This document shows, piece after piece, positions 1 through 12,115 of a stretch of DNA of 64,000 bases. The notes under the pieces are model-generated. The model was not told the origin of the DNA, did not search any database, and saw only the letters and a program-made list of their open reading frames with translations. Position 1 is the first letter of the stretch. Every line of letters begins with the position of its first letter. Made by a program: the position numbers and the translations under genes. The DNA comes from a virus: the IMG/VR virus record IMGVR_UViG_3300034198_013268, positions 9,422 to 73,421 of that record, one strand, 5' to 3'.

Positions 1-447
1 TGGCAATGCTGAGTATACGTCCTTGTAGTTGGTCAACGAGAAGTTGCCCTGCCAAGGTGAAGGCATGTTTGCGCCGTTCTGGCCACCCTGAAGGTGCTTA
101 AATTCTGGTGAGTCAAGGAACATCTGACCGATGCTCTTGTAACCGAAGTCACGTGCTGCTGAGTTTAACTGAGCTTCTGCGCTCTTTGCATTGTACTCAA
201 CTGCTACGGATGAGCCACTCTGTGAAGAGCCCCATGCGTCAACTGACTTCATTGATTCAAGACCTTCGATGAGGCTCTTGATTTCACGGATATCGGCCAT
301 ATTGCGGTCGAAAGCTGACTTCTGCTCAGTAGAAACAACAACGGTGCCGTCCTCTACCTTGAATGAGTCTGCAATCGCTTTGTTATCAGCCATTTTGGTT
401 CTGAGTGCGGTTTGAAGTTCGCGCACTCTTGATTCGTCATAAGACAT
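1..447 (-). CDS. Major capsid protein, HK97 family (5' part only; runs off the window edge)
   Basis: Not in the ORF track because it is truncated. ATG at 447 follows an AGGAG RBS. The open frame reads MSYDESRVRELQTALRTKMADNKAIADSFKVEDG...FGYKSIGQMFLDSPEFK...YKDVYSALP, a helical delta-domain-like N-terminus plus the KSIGxxF..S.EFK motif typical of HK97-type capsid proteins. It lies downstream of the portal and protease. Confidence 0.8.
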   Translation of the reverse strand, partial: MSYDESRVRELQTALRTKMADNKAIADSFKVEDGTVVVSTEQKSAFDRNMADIREIKSLIEGLESMKSVDAWGSSQSGSSVAVEYNAKSAEAQLNSAARDFGYKSIGQMFLDSPEFKHLQGGQNGANMPSPWQGNFSLTNYKDVYSALP

Positions 448-586
448 TTTTTCTGCTCCTTTAAAGCAACGAAATTTGGATTTTTTTCAGATACGTCGTC
501 TTAGGTAAGCACCCAGCACCTGTGTCCTCTACCTAATGTACCAAACCTTTTATCTCTGTAGTGGCAGTACCGTTGTAATACAAGGA

Positions 587-769
587 TTAAATTGGTATAT
601 GTAAAGATTTACCAGATTTAATTATCTGCGCAATTTCTGACGCAAGACGCCAGTAAAGGTCTAAGTTTTCTGGTGATTCATTTACGCCAACATCAGATAG
701 GTCTAAATTTCTGTAAGCGGCTATGAATATCTTCTCAGTGTCACTAGCGGCATTGTTAATTTCAAACAT
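587..769 (-). CDS. Small hypothetical protein directly after the 3680-aa polyprotein
   Basis: 60-aa ORF starting 2 nt after the stop of 772..11814. Confidence 0.6.
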   Translation of the reverse strand: MFEINNAASDTEKIFIAAYRNLDLSDVGVNESPENLDLYWRLASEIAQIIKSGKSLHIPI

Positions 770-771
770 TG

Positions 772-3700
772 TTATTTCCCTTTGTTTTCAGGCATATTAC
801 GTACAAAATTGTTAATAAAAGCTGCGCCTTCTGCGGAGTATCTCTGTTGGCGTAGGTCTATGTTGTAGCGCTTTATTGCTTCCGCAACGAGCTTGCTGGC
901 GATACCCTGACGTTTTGAATCTGGTGAAATAAAGACGTTCATGTTTCCTTTTTTCTCAAGAGGAAGGTCTTGAGGGTAGTGATAAACAATTCCTTTTAAT
1001 ATTCCTGAATCATCTCTCCAGAGAAGGCAATCAACCCATTGATTTGGTTTTAAACCATTCCCAGTTCCTTTAAAATAGGAAAGACCAGGAGGGCCTATTT
1101 TTTCAAATTGCTCAGCCTGGCTTTTGAATGGCCACGGCATGCCATTAAGGCTTTCTTCGACATCTTTCCAGGGCTTGCCTTTGAACGTCGGCATCTTGGC
1201 CTTTTCTTCCGAAGACCTGTACTTCTTAAAAGACCCTCCCATAGAAGGGTTGGGAGCAGCCATGTTGCCGGAAATGTTGCCCGTGTTGCTAGCAGAAGAC
1301 GCAGGTTCAATAACACGTCTGTAGCGAATCTGTGTAGAACGAAGTGCTCTGTTTTCTTTGTCCCATGCCAACAGTTCCTCGGGGGTAACGCCTTCACCAA
1401 ACTTGTCTTTGCGCGACTTCTTAATTAGTGCCCTTATTCCGCTCCGTATCTTTTTGTCAGAATCATTTAAATTTCCGTCAAAAATATCGCTCACAGATTC
1501 AGATAGTTTGTTTAAGAATTTGTTTTTTTCATTTTCATCGTACCAGTAGTAACCGTTGCGCGGCCAGTGCGATGCGCCAATTCTTCCTTCGTCGCCCATA
1601 CTATTTCCGTACAGGGATATTTCTGATATTCCTAACTCTCTGTATATTTCTTCGTTGCGTGCGTTTAGTGCAGTTGCTATTCCCAGTCTTTGTGCTCCCG
1701 TTCCAAATCCTTTAACCTCCATCCATTTGTGTTCTGCTTCTGCCGTATCTTTGTCAAAGTACATAACCCTGATAAAGGACCCAACACTATTTTCGTCGTT
1801 AACTCCGCTAGAAGATTTTCCTAAATATTTAGGCAGAATCTGTCCAGATATTTCTATGCGTTTTTTGTTTGGGGGAATAGGGTAGGCTGCGTCATCCCAC
1901 CCTCCATCTCCAGTATCGGTTACTGTCACGGTTAGGGGAACTATATCGAACTTGTTCCCTCTGTTGATTTTTTCCCGGTCTATATAGTCTTTCTGTCCAA
2001 CTATTACGCCAGCAAAAGCCTCTCTCATGGCAGCTTCTATATCTTTATTACTTCCGCCGTCCGCAATGAGTTTTTTTGCTTTTCTAGCTGCAGACCTCTC
2101 GTTTTTTGAGACAGTTTGATTCTCTGCAGATTTTTGTACACCGGAACTTGACATTTTTCCAGTAATGTCGTTTTGCGATGCCCAAATCAAAAGGTCCAAT
2201 GGAAGGTCTTTATCATTGAACTTGTCCATTGCTCCCGGCTGTTTACCTATAACGTCTCTAACTAGTTGCTTATCGGGGTCTGACAAAGCGTCAAAGGTGT
2301 TTTTTAAATCGTCGTCTTCTACGAATTTCTCTGGTTTTCTAACGGTGGGTTCAGCCGGTCTTGCTACGGGTGGTACGTAGTCTTTGATTGATGGGTCTAT
2401 TCTGCGTTTGACCACTGCATCAAAGACTGTTCTGCGTGGAAGCTTCATATCTTCAGCTATCTTTTCAATACTTTTTCCAGCTTCAAAACTTGTCAAAATC
2501 TGACCATCTCGGCTTCCTTTTGAAACCGGTTTTGGGTCTACTTTGATAGTGGGTCGTCCAGCCATTTTAACCGTTTGATTAGTGTCGTCAAAGTCGGCAT
2601 GAACGTACGCAAGCGGGTCGAGTATTTTTAGGGTTCCGCCCTTTTTCTTCTCTGCAAGCAGTTTTCTAGTTGTTATGTCTTCAGAGTCCCAAAGGTAAAA
2701 CTCATCTGCAAATTCAGCCACCTTAGGCATAATCCTGTAGTTGGTATTCATGACTGCCGGAATAAAGCTTGACGGAAGTCTTCTTGGGTCTGTTTGTTGA
2801 CGTGCTTCTACGTTTGAGGTTAAAGCAGATTCTGGAGCAACGTTGTAGTGGGCAACAATGTCATAGCCTTTGGCTCTTGCTGCCGTTAGTGTTCCAAAGC
2901 CTGCGTTGTATTGCCCTGTTGAGTCGTACACAATGTCGAGGCCTTCTTCCAACGCCTTCACAATGGTCATATCAGCTACCGTTTTAGATTCTTCATGAAC
3001 GGCACTAGCCCAGTGAGGGTTACCGGCTGCGTGAAGCTGTCTAGCTTCAGGGAATAATGTTTTTATTTCATCAGCATCAACATGGACTGCCGCATCAGCC
3101 TTAGGAATCCCATGTACCCCAAGGCGTCTGTCTGTTGATTTTCCTGAACCAGCTGAACCACCAACGGAAATAAATTGCTTAGGCCCAGTTTTTTTGCGTT
3201 TTGTGACCGTGGCAATTATCGCATTAACCATTGGCGTATAGGTGTTGTCAAAGCGCTCTTTCCAGATTTTTCGTGTCCCACCAAAAGTGGCCGTCACGTC
3301 TACGGATTCTTCTCCCTGAAGAGGAGCGTAAAACCAAGACGTGTCTAAGGCTCTGGGGTCATTTATTTCTTTATCAGTCAAGTAGCTGGGTGTGTCTAGT
3401 TTTCCAACACGTTTTTGCATTGTGTCATCTATCGGCTGCAGGGGTCCTGCTGACATCTTTCCAGAAATACTAGAACTAATCAGTTTTTTTTTAGAAGCTT
3501 TAGGGCCTCGTCCTCTCGGACTGTTATTAAAACCGCCATCTAGGTAGTCGTCGTCTATTGCTTGCCGTATTGCAGCTTCGTCTTCTGGAGATATTGGAGT
3601 ATCACCGAATCCACTTGCTGGTCCTGGAAAACCACCAGGGCCAGGACGTTTTGGTCTTACACCAAATCCACCAGTGTTTTCACCTGGACCATTCGGTTCA

Positions 3701-6700
3701 TCTGGTTTATCTGGACGTTTTGGCGGAGCACTTCCGGGTGGTCGCTTAGGTTGCGTACCGTACCTAACCCAATCGTCGTACTCGTCAAATTCTTCAGAAC
3801 TCCATGTTCTATTTCGTGGAAATTGTGTGTCTACGGTAAAAGGGGTGTCTGGCCAATCATCGGTCGCAAGTCTTCGATTTCGAGTGCTTGAAACGGTTGT
3901 GTCGGTAGGGTCGTATTGAGGGCTTGCGTCGCTGTCCGATGTAGAGGCAGGACGTCTTGCGGCGTTTGGTTGTGTTCCTCTATATCTATCGTATTGGTTT
4001 CTGGTAGAGGAATTGCTTAAAACCTCGTAAGCTTCGGATAGTTTTTTAAACTCTTCTTCAGCTTTTGGGTTGTCAGGGTTTACGTCCGGATGTGTCTCTG
4101 CGGCTTTTTTTCTGTAAGCTTTTTTAATAACATCATCAGAAGAATCTGGAGCTACGCCTAGGTCGGCATAATAATCTTTATCCTTCCACTGTCGCGGCCC
4201 AGATGTTGCCATTTTACCCGTGATGCTGCCGTTGTTGTTCCATTGTGGAATATTGGGGTAGATGACATTGTTTTCATACGTTACACCGCCAGTTGGAGAC
4301 TCCCTGCCAGCTACTTCATCTATCGCATCAAGGAAAGCTTTATCTTCCTCTTCGGTTATACCCATATAAAAACCATGGCTCTTGTAGCGCGCTCTACCTG
4401 CTGGGTGGTCAAGACTGTAAGAATGGAAATGCTTACTTATTGGTTCGTGACGCTTCCACTCTTCATTATTTTTATCCCAGCCACGCCATGGCCACCGATG
4501 ACGGTCATAGAATTGAGCCAAGCTCATTAAGCGAGTTAACTGCATTGGTCGTACACCGAGTTCGTCTGCTATTTCACCAGTAACTTTGGCTTCGTTTATC
4601 TGAAAACCTACCGGCGCTTCCCTTCTTGCTTTTGCTATGCGCCTATGTGCATACCAGCCTGCATGAAGAGCAAATTCTTCAACATCAGCATCATTTATAT
4701 CTAAAGTTCCTTTTTTGTTTATTTTTTTTGACAACTTTATAGCCCTAGAAGACAACTCATCTAACGGCATGTTTATGTATGCACGTTTTTTATCGTTCCA
4801 GTCGTGAGCTTCTTCTCCAGTATTTACCGGAGGTATTCCCATTTTCCCGGAAATAGATTTTGCTGTAACCCGTCCAAGGTCACGCGCAATTACCGGATTC
4901 ATCCACTGTTCAGGCATTGCGTTGAGAATATTATTTTCTTTAGATTTTGACCCGACCGTAGCATTTGAAGCAACAGCCATTTTTTGTATTGCATGTGACT
5001 GTATGTCTTGCGCGGTACGAATTGGCATGTTGTTTCTTTTAGCAAAACGTATTGTTGATTCGCCATCACTGAGGCGTCTCATCATAGACAATTCTGATGG
5101 CGTCAAAACAGCGTCTCCATAATTTGCTAATGCACGCTTGAAAGCCTGACGACGCTCTTTGTCAAAAGAGCTAATAAATGCCCTGTGGTTTCGAACATGT
5201 GCATTTACCATCGATTCTGGTATGTTTAAGCGCTTTGATGCACGAGATGCTCCGCCGGCCTGATGTGCAGCCATCATGTACGTGTTTTCTTTGGCAAACA
5301 TTGAGTCTATATTGTCAAGATTAAAATTTGCACCGCTACGTTTTGTCAATCGTTCATCAGCGTTTCTTACTTTTGAAAACAGTTTGTCTTCAAAAGAAGA
5401 ATAATCTTGCTCAGACATTCCCATCATGCTGCGCATTTCATCAAACGAAGCGCCGTCAAGTCTACGCAATAGTACTTGCCTATCACCAGCAGATATGCCA
5501 GGAATATTGTGTCTGCTTAAGGCATCGCGATATATTGAGTTAATAGCAGGTTCTGAGGATTCAACAACTTTTGAGTATCTTTCTTGAGCTTTTTGAAGCT
5601 CTTCAGAAGTCATATTAAAAGTTTTTTTAGCTTTAGACATAGGAACTCTGTCATGGGTGAGAGCCATAAAAACTGACCTATCACTATCTTCAAGTTTTTG
5701 ACTAGCTTTGTTAGCCTTGTATCCCATTGATTCCAATAATGTTTTTACGTTATCTGCTGGAACATCGAACTGTTTAGCAATGTCTTCGTAAGATTCGCCG
5801 TTTGTATGCATGAATGCAGTTTTGCGCATGGCGTCGCCGGCTGTCATAAACCCACCAACGCCTTGCCAATTTTGGCCTGGTTTACCTTGCCATTCTGCAT
5901 CTATGGTGGCTTTGCTTCTTCTGTTCATTTCGCTTACACCGGCTTCAGTGAATGGCTTATTAAATAGCGAAGTTCTAGCTTTTTCAGCACGTCTTGATTG
6001 GAACATATTGGGGTCGTCAATTTCAGTAGGTCTATCAACCGGAGGAAGAGACTCAAGGTCAAAAAACTTAATATCTTTTCTACCTGATTCTTTAGCTTTT
6101 TCACGACGAAGAACATTCGCTCTTTTCATTACCTCGCGGTTTCTAAATTTTTGCATCTTTTCTGCGTGAACTAGCCCGTTCCGAATAAACATAGAATCGT
6201 TTTCATAGTCGAGCTCGTCATCTACGGCATCGCGTATCCACGCAACGTGACCAAAACCAGTGGTTATATTTCCATTTGCAATGTCTCGCACTGGAATCCA
6301 TCTTGCACCGACCGCATCATCGGCTGCCTTAAATTCGGCATCAGGACTTACAACAAATTTTGTTGCGTTAACCTCTACGCCACCACTGAATCTTACGTCC
6401 CAGTCTTTTGACTTTATTGTCCCAAGTTCTCTAGTGGAAACGTCAGTCAGATTAGTAGTATCTATTCCTACTTCTTCTAGCAGTTCTCTGCGCGCTGCAT
6501 CGGAGCCCGTTTCTCCTTTGTCTACAAATCCTCCAGGGAGAACCCACATATCGGTGGTGCTAGCTCTATGTGGACCAAACCCGCGTTGAACCATCATCAC
6601 TTCGAGTTCGTTTGTTTCTGGGTTGCGGCGCAGCACTACTGAGTCTGCGGCTCTTTGCATTTGACCTTGGTCTTTGCCTATTACCCAATCGTCAGCGGCG

Positions 6701-9700
6701 TCAGAAGCATCGTAACCAATATGGGCATCGCTCTGATAGGGAATCAGGGCACGACGGCTCCAGCCCATGTTATTTCTTGATTCCGCAACAAGTTCATGTG
6801 TCTCCCACGGTAACGGCCATCCTGCTTTTTGAACCCCAAGCATTTCAGCCGTTGCTGTTCTCATGTCCCTATGAGGGCCACTTAGTGTATTTCCGGTATT
6901 GCGGTCAACAACATAAAGACCCTCAGCCTGCCCGGTAATTGAGTCAAATGTGTTTCTGACCTCGACGTCCAGTGCGACTGGTTTTTCTCCTGTGCGCGGC
7001 TTATATTTTCCAGTGCGCCATGCTCGAGCATTGTCTTTTCTGTTTCTAAGATAATCTGTTTTACGCTTACCCATTAATCCAGTGATGCCAAATGGGTCAA
7101 TTTGAATATCTTCTACTGGAGCACGGTTAAGATAATTGACTATATTGCTGTCCGCAGACTCGGATAAGCCTCTTATTTTTCTTTTTGATGAGCGTACTGC
7201 TGTCGGAACATCTTCTATGCCGCCAGGTATTTTGTCAAGCTCACGAAACATATGACGCATTTCAGGGCTTGCATACCTAAAGGCAACTGTATCTTGATAG
7301 CGTTTTTGACGCCGACCACGCGATGAAGAAATTGCTTCTTTCAGATTCTTGTTGAGACCAGCAAAGTTACTACGCATGCGTTTGTAGATTGAAAAGTTAT
7401 CACCATCAAAATCTCGTAAAATATTTGGGTCACGAGGAACGGACAAACCTAGAGCAGCATTTTTTCCAGCTTGACGCGCTCTATTTTCTGACATATTGGG
7501 GACGGAACTATCGTTACCGCGCATAAACCCGCTAACTCCAAGATTGCGAGCAGTAGAAAGAGCGGAGTCTATTTCTGATTCTATTGCTCTAAGGTCTGAT
7601 ATTTTTTGGTCTGCTGCTTTTGTAATGCGCGCAGTTACTCTTGATGCCCCATCTCCACCTGTTCTGCGAGTCAAAAGCTGGTCGTGCTGCATGAACCAAT
7701 ACAGTGGTCCTCTTATGGATTCTCCAGTATCTGGGTCGTCATATCCAATAAACTGTCTATCAAACCTACGTTGACGATTAAGGTATCTAGCAAAGCTCTC
7801 TTTGTCCGGACGCCATCCCCGCGTCCAAATATCGTTACCATTTTCATCTTGCCGTCCAGTTTTGCGTGCTACTAAACTTGGTGGTCTTTGAATGAGCATG
7901 TTTTTTATGGCATTGCGTATGTTTTTTTGTTCTCTACGTATAGAGTCATACTCAAGGCCAGATTTAGCTTTAACTTCTTCTAGACGGGTTATCTCTTCAC
8001 GAATTTGTCTTTTTACAGTACTGCTATCTGTTCTTTTACGACCAAATTCGTTTCTGATTTTATCAAGTCTTTTTTTCTGATAATCGCCAAATCTCTGACT
8101 AACTCCAGCATCTGCAGTTTGACGTATCCGCGCAAAATCTTGGTTAGAAATGCCGTTGTCAACTGCGTGCATCTTTAAAGCATCGGCAACAATTTTTTCA
8201 TCAAGAATGTTTTCATCTTGTGCTATTTCTGAAAAACTAAGTCCTTGTGATTCAAACAAACTCCAGAAACGAGCTCTTTCTTTTTTAGCTTTTGCACCCT
8301 TGTCAAGCAGTTGAGTTTTTTGTTCTGCTATTTTTTCTTCTACGGCTTTTCTTAGCTCTGCTCCGCTACGTCGCGCGCTTACGTCTACATCAAAATTTTC
8401 ACCGTTTACAATACCCATTGTTGCTGCGCTATAAACGCCAGATGGAAGGGCGTTTATATCAATTGAACCATCAGAGCGACGTGGCAGTGGTCCGCTCATT
8501 TCCTCCATTACAGCAATGAAATCATCCCATGCAAACGTTTCATCAGGACGAACAAGTTCTCCAAGCGGAAGACCATCAATTCCCATGCCGCGAGATAATT
8601 CAGAAGTTCCTTCTCCATCAATAAGTTCGGGTTCTACGTTTTGATAACGCTGCATAATGTGACTATTTGTCATATCCCACCACTCAGGTGAATTTAAATA
8701 GCGTTCAAATACGTCTCTTGGAAGCATTTGAGAATCTGCCTGCGGGTCGTACGGGAGCCCAGTATCAGGATTGATATTCATTGGGTTGTTTCCCCATGTT
8801 GATGGGTCTTCTGGGTCTACGGCAGAAGGGTCATCGCTTCCGGCCCATACCCAGTCCTGGTCGAGATAACCAAAAGCATCCTCAAATGGTTCTTCAGCAT
8901 CCGGCATACCATCTTCTGGTTCCCCAAATTCATCTTCTTCTTGTGGTCGCTCCATCCATCCGGCTTGATACGCAACTTCAAGAAGAGCTTCTTGTTTGTA
9001 GTACCAGTCCTCAATGCGTTGTTGCAGCTCCATTTGTTCTTGTTGAAGCTTTTCACCCTCAGCTTGTATTTCAAGCATTGCTTCTTCCCAGTCTTTTTCC
9101 TGCCATGGCTTTCCGGTAGCTGGGTTGATTGGTGCTGGGTCGTTTACGTCTAGGGTGCCGTTAGCCATTGAATCGAGATATGCAAGGAATTCGTCCACTG
9201 ACATATCGTCCGTGCTTTGTCTTTGACGAATAGCAGGAAGACTTGCACCTTGTGCGGGGTCGGGGACTAAACCATCAGGTCTATTGAGCATGTCCTGAAC
9301 GGCCTGGTCAAAATTGGGGTCATTAGAATCAATGCCTATTTCGTTAATTCTTCGTTCGGCCAACTTGCGCTTAAAGGCCATATCCATATATGTATCATCA
9401 ACAGACTCAAGAATCTCATCAGCCAAAGAACGCCTATCGTTCATGTCTGCACTGGCTGCGGCTACTGTATCTATGACACTTTGAGGGTTTGTCGTGGTTG
9501 GGTCAACTAGCTCTGGCAGAATAAATGTATCCCAAAAATCTGCTACGTCTTCATCTGACATGCCGTTTATATCAAGGCGTGCAAGATATCCATCAGGAGA
9601 ATATTTTTTATATTCATCAAGGAAAGCACCAACAAGGGGGCGTTTAATTTGTGCTGCTTGAGCTAGTTCGTCAGGAGCAAGTGGTGATGTGTTTCTGCTC

Positions 9701-11814
9701 CACATTGGCATTGGTAATCCAGCATTTTTTCTGCCATTTAACGTAAACTCAAATAGTCCGTCAACTTCAGCATCATCCATTGCTCTGATTGCTCTGAAAC
9801 CATCTCGCGCATCGGCAAAATCGGTTAGTGCAAATAGTTCTGGCCCATATGTTGCTAGTTGTGGGTCTGTTGCCCATTCTTCCAGCAGATTTCTTTTCCA
9901 CTTGCGAAGTTTCCACTGCTGCTTTTCTTTAGCAGACATTGGATTATTATTACCAGAAGGTGGCGTCCCAGCCATTCTTCCTGTAATCCCAGCTCCGTAT
10001 ACCTCGCCTGGAGTGCGCGATGTACGCTCTACTCTTGCTGCTCGACGAGTTGCGGCTCTTTCGTTAAATGAAGATTGAGAACCAGCAGATTCAATAGTGG
10101 AGCGCATTGCAGGACGTAGTTTTTGAAAGTCACGTGGTGTATTTGTGTTGTTTGCAATTGTACGCACCTTAAGGTTGGCGTCTCGTGAAGACGGCTTAAA
10201 TCCAAGAACTAGGTCTGAATTGCCGTCTGGTGAAACACCTTCAGGGAACGCTCTAAACAGTTCCCTTTCGGCCCTATCGTCAGCGGGATTGCGACGGATG
10301 TCCTTGTCATTCAGTGCCCACTGAGCAAGGTCGTCCCATGATTTTATCTTTCCATCACGTATTGCATCGATAGCATCTTCACGAATAAACTTTAAGTCGT
10401 TTTTAATTCGTGAGTATGTTTCTGGACTTGAATTTTTAAAAGAATCTTCATTGCGCTTGCGCCGTAAGTTTTCCTTTTTAACAAAATCGGTAACTTCGTC
10501 TCTATAAACATTATATTTTTTGGCAAGAGCATCTACCGAACTCTCTCCATCTTGAAATTCGTTAAATAGTTTTTTCCACGTATCGCCATCAAGTATTGAA
10601 TGTGGTTCATTCTCTGGTTTTTGAACCGGTATTCTTGTTGCTTCAGGTTTTGGCTTAGGTACTTTTGTTTTGGAAAGGTCCTCACGAACGTTGCGAATTG
10701 CACGTTCTGCGCGAACTACCGACGGAGCTATTTCCGGAGTCTGTCCGCTTATTTTGCGTATTTTTGGTTCTTTTTCGCCAGGTTTTTTTGCAAATTGTGG
10801 AAGCCCCATGGCGCGACGACGAAGTTTGCCTGCAACTGTAAAATCAGAACCCGGAGTTGGGTCCGGCATTTCTCTCCAGGTGCCATCAAAAAGAACTCCG
10901 TCGCCGTCAGCATCAGGACGGGTCATTGGATTTGGGTCGCCAGGAATTGGCTTAAATGACCTCAGCGTTCGACGTCCAAGTCTACCGGTGCTTGGTTTTG
11001 TTCCAGCATTAGGTACTTTTTCTCGAGCAATAGCTCTTCCTAGTTTAGAACCTAAAGCTTTAACGTCTAGTTCTTCATAGAATTCAAGGTGCTTTACACC
11101 CCTGGTTGCTCTTTTGCTTGAGGTGTCTATGCTTCCGGTTCCCCAAGAGCCGCTTGATAATTCATTGACCGTTTTTGAACCGGAAGAAATATCCCAAGCT
11201 TTTGCCGGCGAGTAATGGCGAGATTTTTTACCTCGTGAGGTGTCTCTATTTATTCTGTTGTTTAATTTAGAAATAGAAACGCTTGAAAGCTTGCTGTGTT
11301 TGGAATTGGATTTTGAAACATATCCACCACCAATTTTTTTATATGCCATAGCAAGGAGTTGTGCTTTTCTTGCTGTCCATTCGCCTGGCTTGCCCCCATT
11401 TGAGCTGGCCATAATGCGTGCTTTTAGGTTGTCTCTAGCCTCTGGCTTTGTGTAGTTGGAAGCTTTGTTTCTCTGCGGTGTGGCAGTTTCTTGTTTAGCA
11501 GTCTTCTTTTTGTTACGACCGTTAATGGCCCTAAGGTCGCTCTCCAACTGTTGACGCCTGAATCTTCTACCAGAAACACCTTGACCGGTGTATTTTCTAA
11601 AATCAGACTCATTGGTACAGGGCATCCAAGATTCTTTTCCATCCCTATTGTTGTATCTGCGAATGCCAATACAACCAATTTGGCGAGAACGTATTCTGGC
11701 TGAATCTGGGTCACTAAAGACGTCTGGGTCACTAGAACGAACTATTCTAGGGCCGCCAAGGATATCCTTTTTTTCGTCTTCTAGAGTATTTTGTGAGTCG
11801 TCCATTATTTCCAT
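772..11814 (-). CDS. Giant multidomain polyvalent protein (3680 aa): DUF5872-like, HTH modules, Nudix, sigma-r4-like HTH array, DnaJ J-domain, zeta-toxin-like kinase, two GNAT domains
   Basis: Motifs read in the translation: [45 protein letters not shown] (DUF5872-like); Nudix box [23 protein letters not shown]; J-domain DYYADLGV...[15 protein letters not shown]; Walker [11 protein letters not shown] plus VDADEIK; GNAT motifs QRLGIAT and RQGIASKL. Nine [IV]xGxM linkers lie between modules. Confidence 0.85.
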   Translation of the reverse strand: MEIMDDSQNTLEDEKKDILGGPRIVRSSDPDVFSDPDSARIRSRQIGCIGIRRYNNRDGKESWMPCTNESDFRKYTGQGVSGRRFRRQQLESDLRAINGRNKKKTAKQETATPQRNKASNYTKPEARDNLKARIMASSNGGKPGEWTARKAQLLAMAYKKIGGGYVSKSNSKHSKLSSVSISKLNNRINRDTSRGKKSRHYSPAKAWDISSGSKTVNELSSGSWGTGSIDTSSKRATRGVKHLEFYEELDVKALGSKLGRAIAREKVPNAGTKPSTGRLGRRTLRSFKPIPGDPNPMTRPDADGDGVLFDGTWREMPDPTPGSDFTVAGKLRRRAMGLPQFAKKPGEKEPKIRKISGQTPEIAPSVVRAERAIRNVREDLSKTKVPKPKPEATRIPVQKPENEPHSILDGDTWKKLFNEFQDGESSVDALAKKYNVYRDEVTDFVKKENLRRKRNEDSFKNSSPETYSRIKNDLKFIREDAIDAIRDGKIKSWDDLAQWALNDKDIRRNPADDRAERELFRAFPEGVSPDGNSDLVLGFKPSSRDANLKVRTIANNTNTPRDFQKLRPAMRSTIESAGSQSSFNERAATRRAARVERTSRTPGEVYGAGITGRMAGTPPSGNNNPMSAKEKQQWKLRKWKRNLLEEWATDPQLATYGPELFALTDFADARDGFRAIRAMDDAEVDGLFEFTLNGRKNAGLPMPMWSRNTSPLAPDELAQAAQIKRPLVGAFLDEYKKYSPDGYLARLDINGMSDEDVADFWDTFILPELVDPTTTNPQSVIDTVAAASADMNDRRSLADEILESVDDTYMDMAFKRKLAERRINEIGIDSNDPNFDQAVQDMLNRPDGLVPDPAQGASLPAIRQRQSTDDMSVDEFLAYLDSMANGTLDVNDPAPINPATGKPWQEKDWEEAMLEIQAEGEKLQQEQMELQQRIEDWYYKQEALLEVAYQAGWMERPQEEDEFGEPEDGMPDAEEPFEDAFGYLDQDWVWAGSDDPSAVDPEDPSTWGNNPMNINPDTGLPYDPQADSQMLPRDVFERYLNSPEWWDMTNSHIMQRYQNVEPELIDGEGTSELSRGMGIDGLPLGELVRPDETFAWDDFIAVMEEMSGPLPRRSDGSIDINALPSGVYSAATMGIVNGENFDVDVSARRSGAELRKAVEEKIAEQKTQLLDKGAKAKKERARFWSLFESQGLSFSEIAQDENILDEKIVADALKMHAVDNGISNQDFARIRQTADAGVSQRFGDYQKKRLDKIRNEFGRKRTDSSTVKRQIREEITRLEEVKAKSGLEYDSIRREQKNIRNAIKNMLIQRPPSLVARKTGRQDENGNDIWTRGWRPDKESFARYLNRQRRFDRQFIGYDDPDTGESIRGPLYWFMQHDQLLTRRTGGDGASRVTARITKAADQKISDLRAIESEIDSALSTARNLGVSGFMRGNDSSVPNMSENRARQAGKNAALGLSVPRDPNILRDFDGDNFSIYKRMRSNFAGLNKNLKEAISSSRGRRQKRYQDTVAFRYASPEMRHMFRELDKIPGGIEDVPTAVRSSKRKIRGLSESADSNIVNYLNRAPVEDIQIDPFGITGLMGKRKTDYLRNRKDNARAWRTGKYKPRTGEKPVALDVEVRNTFDSITGQAEGLYVVDRNTGNTLSGPHRDMRTATAEMLGVQKAGWPLPWETHELVAESRNNMGWSRRALIPYQSDAHIGYDASDAADDWVIGKDQGQMQRAADSVVLRRNPETNELEVMMVQRGFGPHRASTTDMWVLPGGFVDKGETGSDAARRELLEEVGIDTTNLTDVSTRELGTIKSKDWDVRFSGGVEVNATKFVVSPDAEFKAADDAVGARWIPVRDIANGNITTGFGHVAWIRDAVDDELDYENDSMFIRNGLVHAEKMQKFRNREVMKRANVLRREKAKESGRKDIKFFDLESLPPVDRPTEIDDPNMFQSRRAEKARTSLFNKPFTEAGVSEMNRRSKATIDAEWQGKPGQNWQGVGGFMTAGDAMRKTAFMHTNGESYEDIAKQFDVPADNVKTLLESMGYKANKASQKLEDSDRSVFMALTHDRVPMSKAKKTFNMTSEELQKAQERYSKVVESSEPAINSIYRDALSRHNIPGISAGDRQVLLRRLDGASFDEMRSMMGMSEQDYSSFEDKLFSKVRNADERLTKRSGANFNLDNIDSMFAKENTYMMAAHQAGGASRASKRLNIPESMVNAHVRNHRAFISSFDKERRQAFKRALANYGDAVLTPSELSMMRRLSDGESTIRFAKRNNMPIRTAQDIQSHAIQKMAVASNATVGSKSKENNILNAMPEQWMNPVIARDLGRVTAKSISGKMGIPPVNTGEEAHDWNDKKRAYINMPLDELSSRAIKLSKKINKKGTLDINDADVEEFALHAGWYAHRRIAKARREAPVGFQINEAKVTGEIADELGVRPMQLTRLMSLAQFYDRHRWPWRGWDKNNEEWKRHEPISKHFHSYSLDHPAGRARYKSHGFYMGITEEEDKAFLDAIDEVAGRESPTGGVTYENNVIYPNIPQWNNNGSITGKMATSGPRQWKDKDYYADLGVAPDSSDDVIKKAYRKKAAETHPDVNPDNPKAEEEFKKLSEAYEVLSNSSTRNQYDRYRGTQPNAARRPASTSDSDASPQYDPTDTTVSSTRNRRLATDDWPDTPFTVDTQFPRNRTWSSEEFDEYDDWVRYGTQPKRPPGSAPPKRPDKPDEPNGPGENTGGFGVRPKRPGPGGFPGPASGFGDTPISPEDEAAIRQAIDDDYLDGGFNNSPRGRGPKASKKKLISSSISGKMSAGPLQPIDDTMQKRVGKLDTPSYLTDKEINDPRALDTSWFYAPLQGEESVDVTATFGGTRKIWKERFDNTYTPMVNAIIATVTKRKKTGPKQFISVGGSAGSGKSTDRRLGVHGIPKADAAVHVDADEIKTLFPEARQLHAAGNPHWASAVHEESKTVADMTIVKALEEGLDIVYDSTGQYNAGFGTLTAARAKGYDIVAHYNVAPESALTSNVEARQQTDPRRLPSSFIPAVMNTNYRIMPKVAEFADEFYLWDSEDITTRKLLAEKKKGGTLKILDPLAYVHADFDDTNQTVKMAGRPTIKVDPKPVSKGSRDGQILTSFEAGKSIEKIAEDMKLPRRTVFDAVVKRRIDPSIKDYVPPVARPAEPTVRKPEKFVEDDDLKNTFDALSDPDKQLVRDVIGKQPGAMDKFNDKDLPLDLLIWASQNDITGKMSSSGVQKSAENQTVSKNERSAARKAKKLIADGGSNKDIEAAMREAFAGVIVGQKDYIDREKINRGNKFDIVPLTVTVTDTGDGGWDDAAYPIPPNKKRIEISGQILPKYLGKSSSGVNDENSVGSFIRVMYFDKDTAEAEHKWMEVKGFGTGAQRLGIATALNARNEEIYRELGISEISLYGNSMGDEGRIGASHWPRNGYYWYDENEKNKFLNKLSESVSDIFDGNLNDSDKKIRSGIRALIKKSRKDKFGEGVTPEELLAWDKENRALRSTQIRYRRVIEPASSASNTGNISGNMAAPNPSMGGSFKKYRSSEEKAKMPTFKGKPWKDVEESLNGMPWPFKSQAEQFEKIGPPGLSYFKGTGNGLKPNQWVDCLLWRDDSGILKGIVYHYPQDLPLEKKGNMNVFISPDSKRQGIASKLVAEAIKRYNIDLRQQRYSAEGAAFINNFVRNMPENKGK

Positions 11815-11920
11815 CGGCTACGTGGTGCGGAGGCGGGTTTTAGTGCTGCAATACCGGTCAATGCTGCTAACCAATAGTAGCCCACTTGCCTAACATGCGG
11901 GCAAACGTAGAAAGGCTTCA

Positions 11921-12115
11921 TTATTTTTTTGTGCCTTTTTCCAAAATCCATGTTGGATTATTTGAGAGAATTATTGACAAATTAAGTATTCTGCTTTTTT
12001 CTTTGGCTGACTCGATAAAACCCCAGTACACAGGATTGTCTTCGGTTCCCATATTTATGGTCGCGCGCATTTTTTCTGTGCCATCAGGGGTTCTCGCTAT
12101 TACTTTAGGTCTCAT
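11921..12115 (-). CDS. Small hypothetical protein coupled to the 1250-aa protein (possible partner or immunity protein)
   Basis: 64-aa ORF overlapping the upstream stop by 4 nt. Confidence 0.6.
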   Translation of the reverse strand: MRPKVIARTPDGTEKMRATINMGTEDNPVYWGFIESAKEKSRILNLSIILSNNPTWILEKGTKK

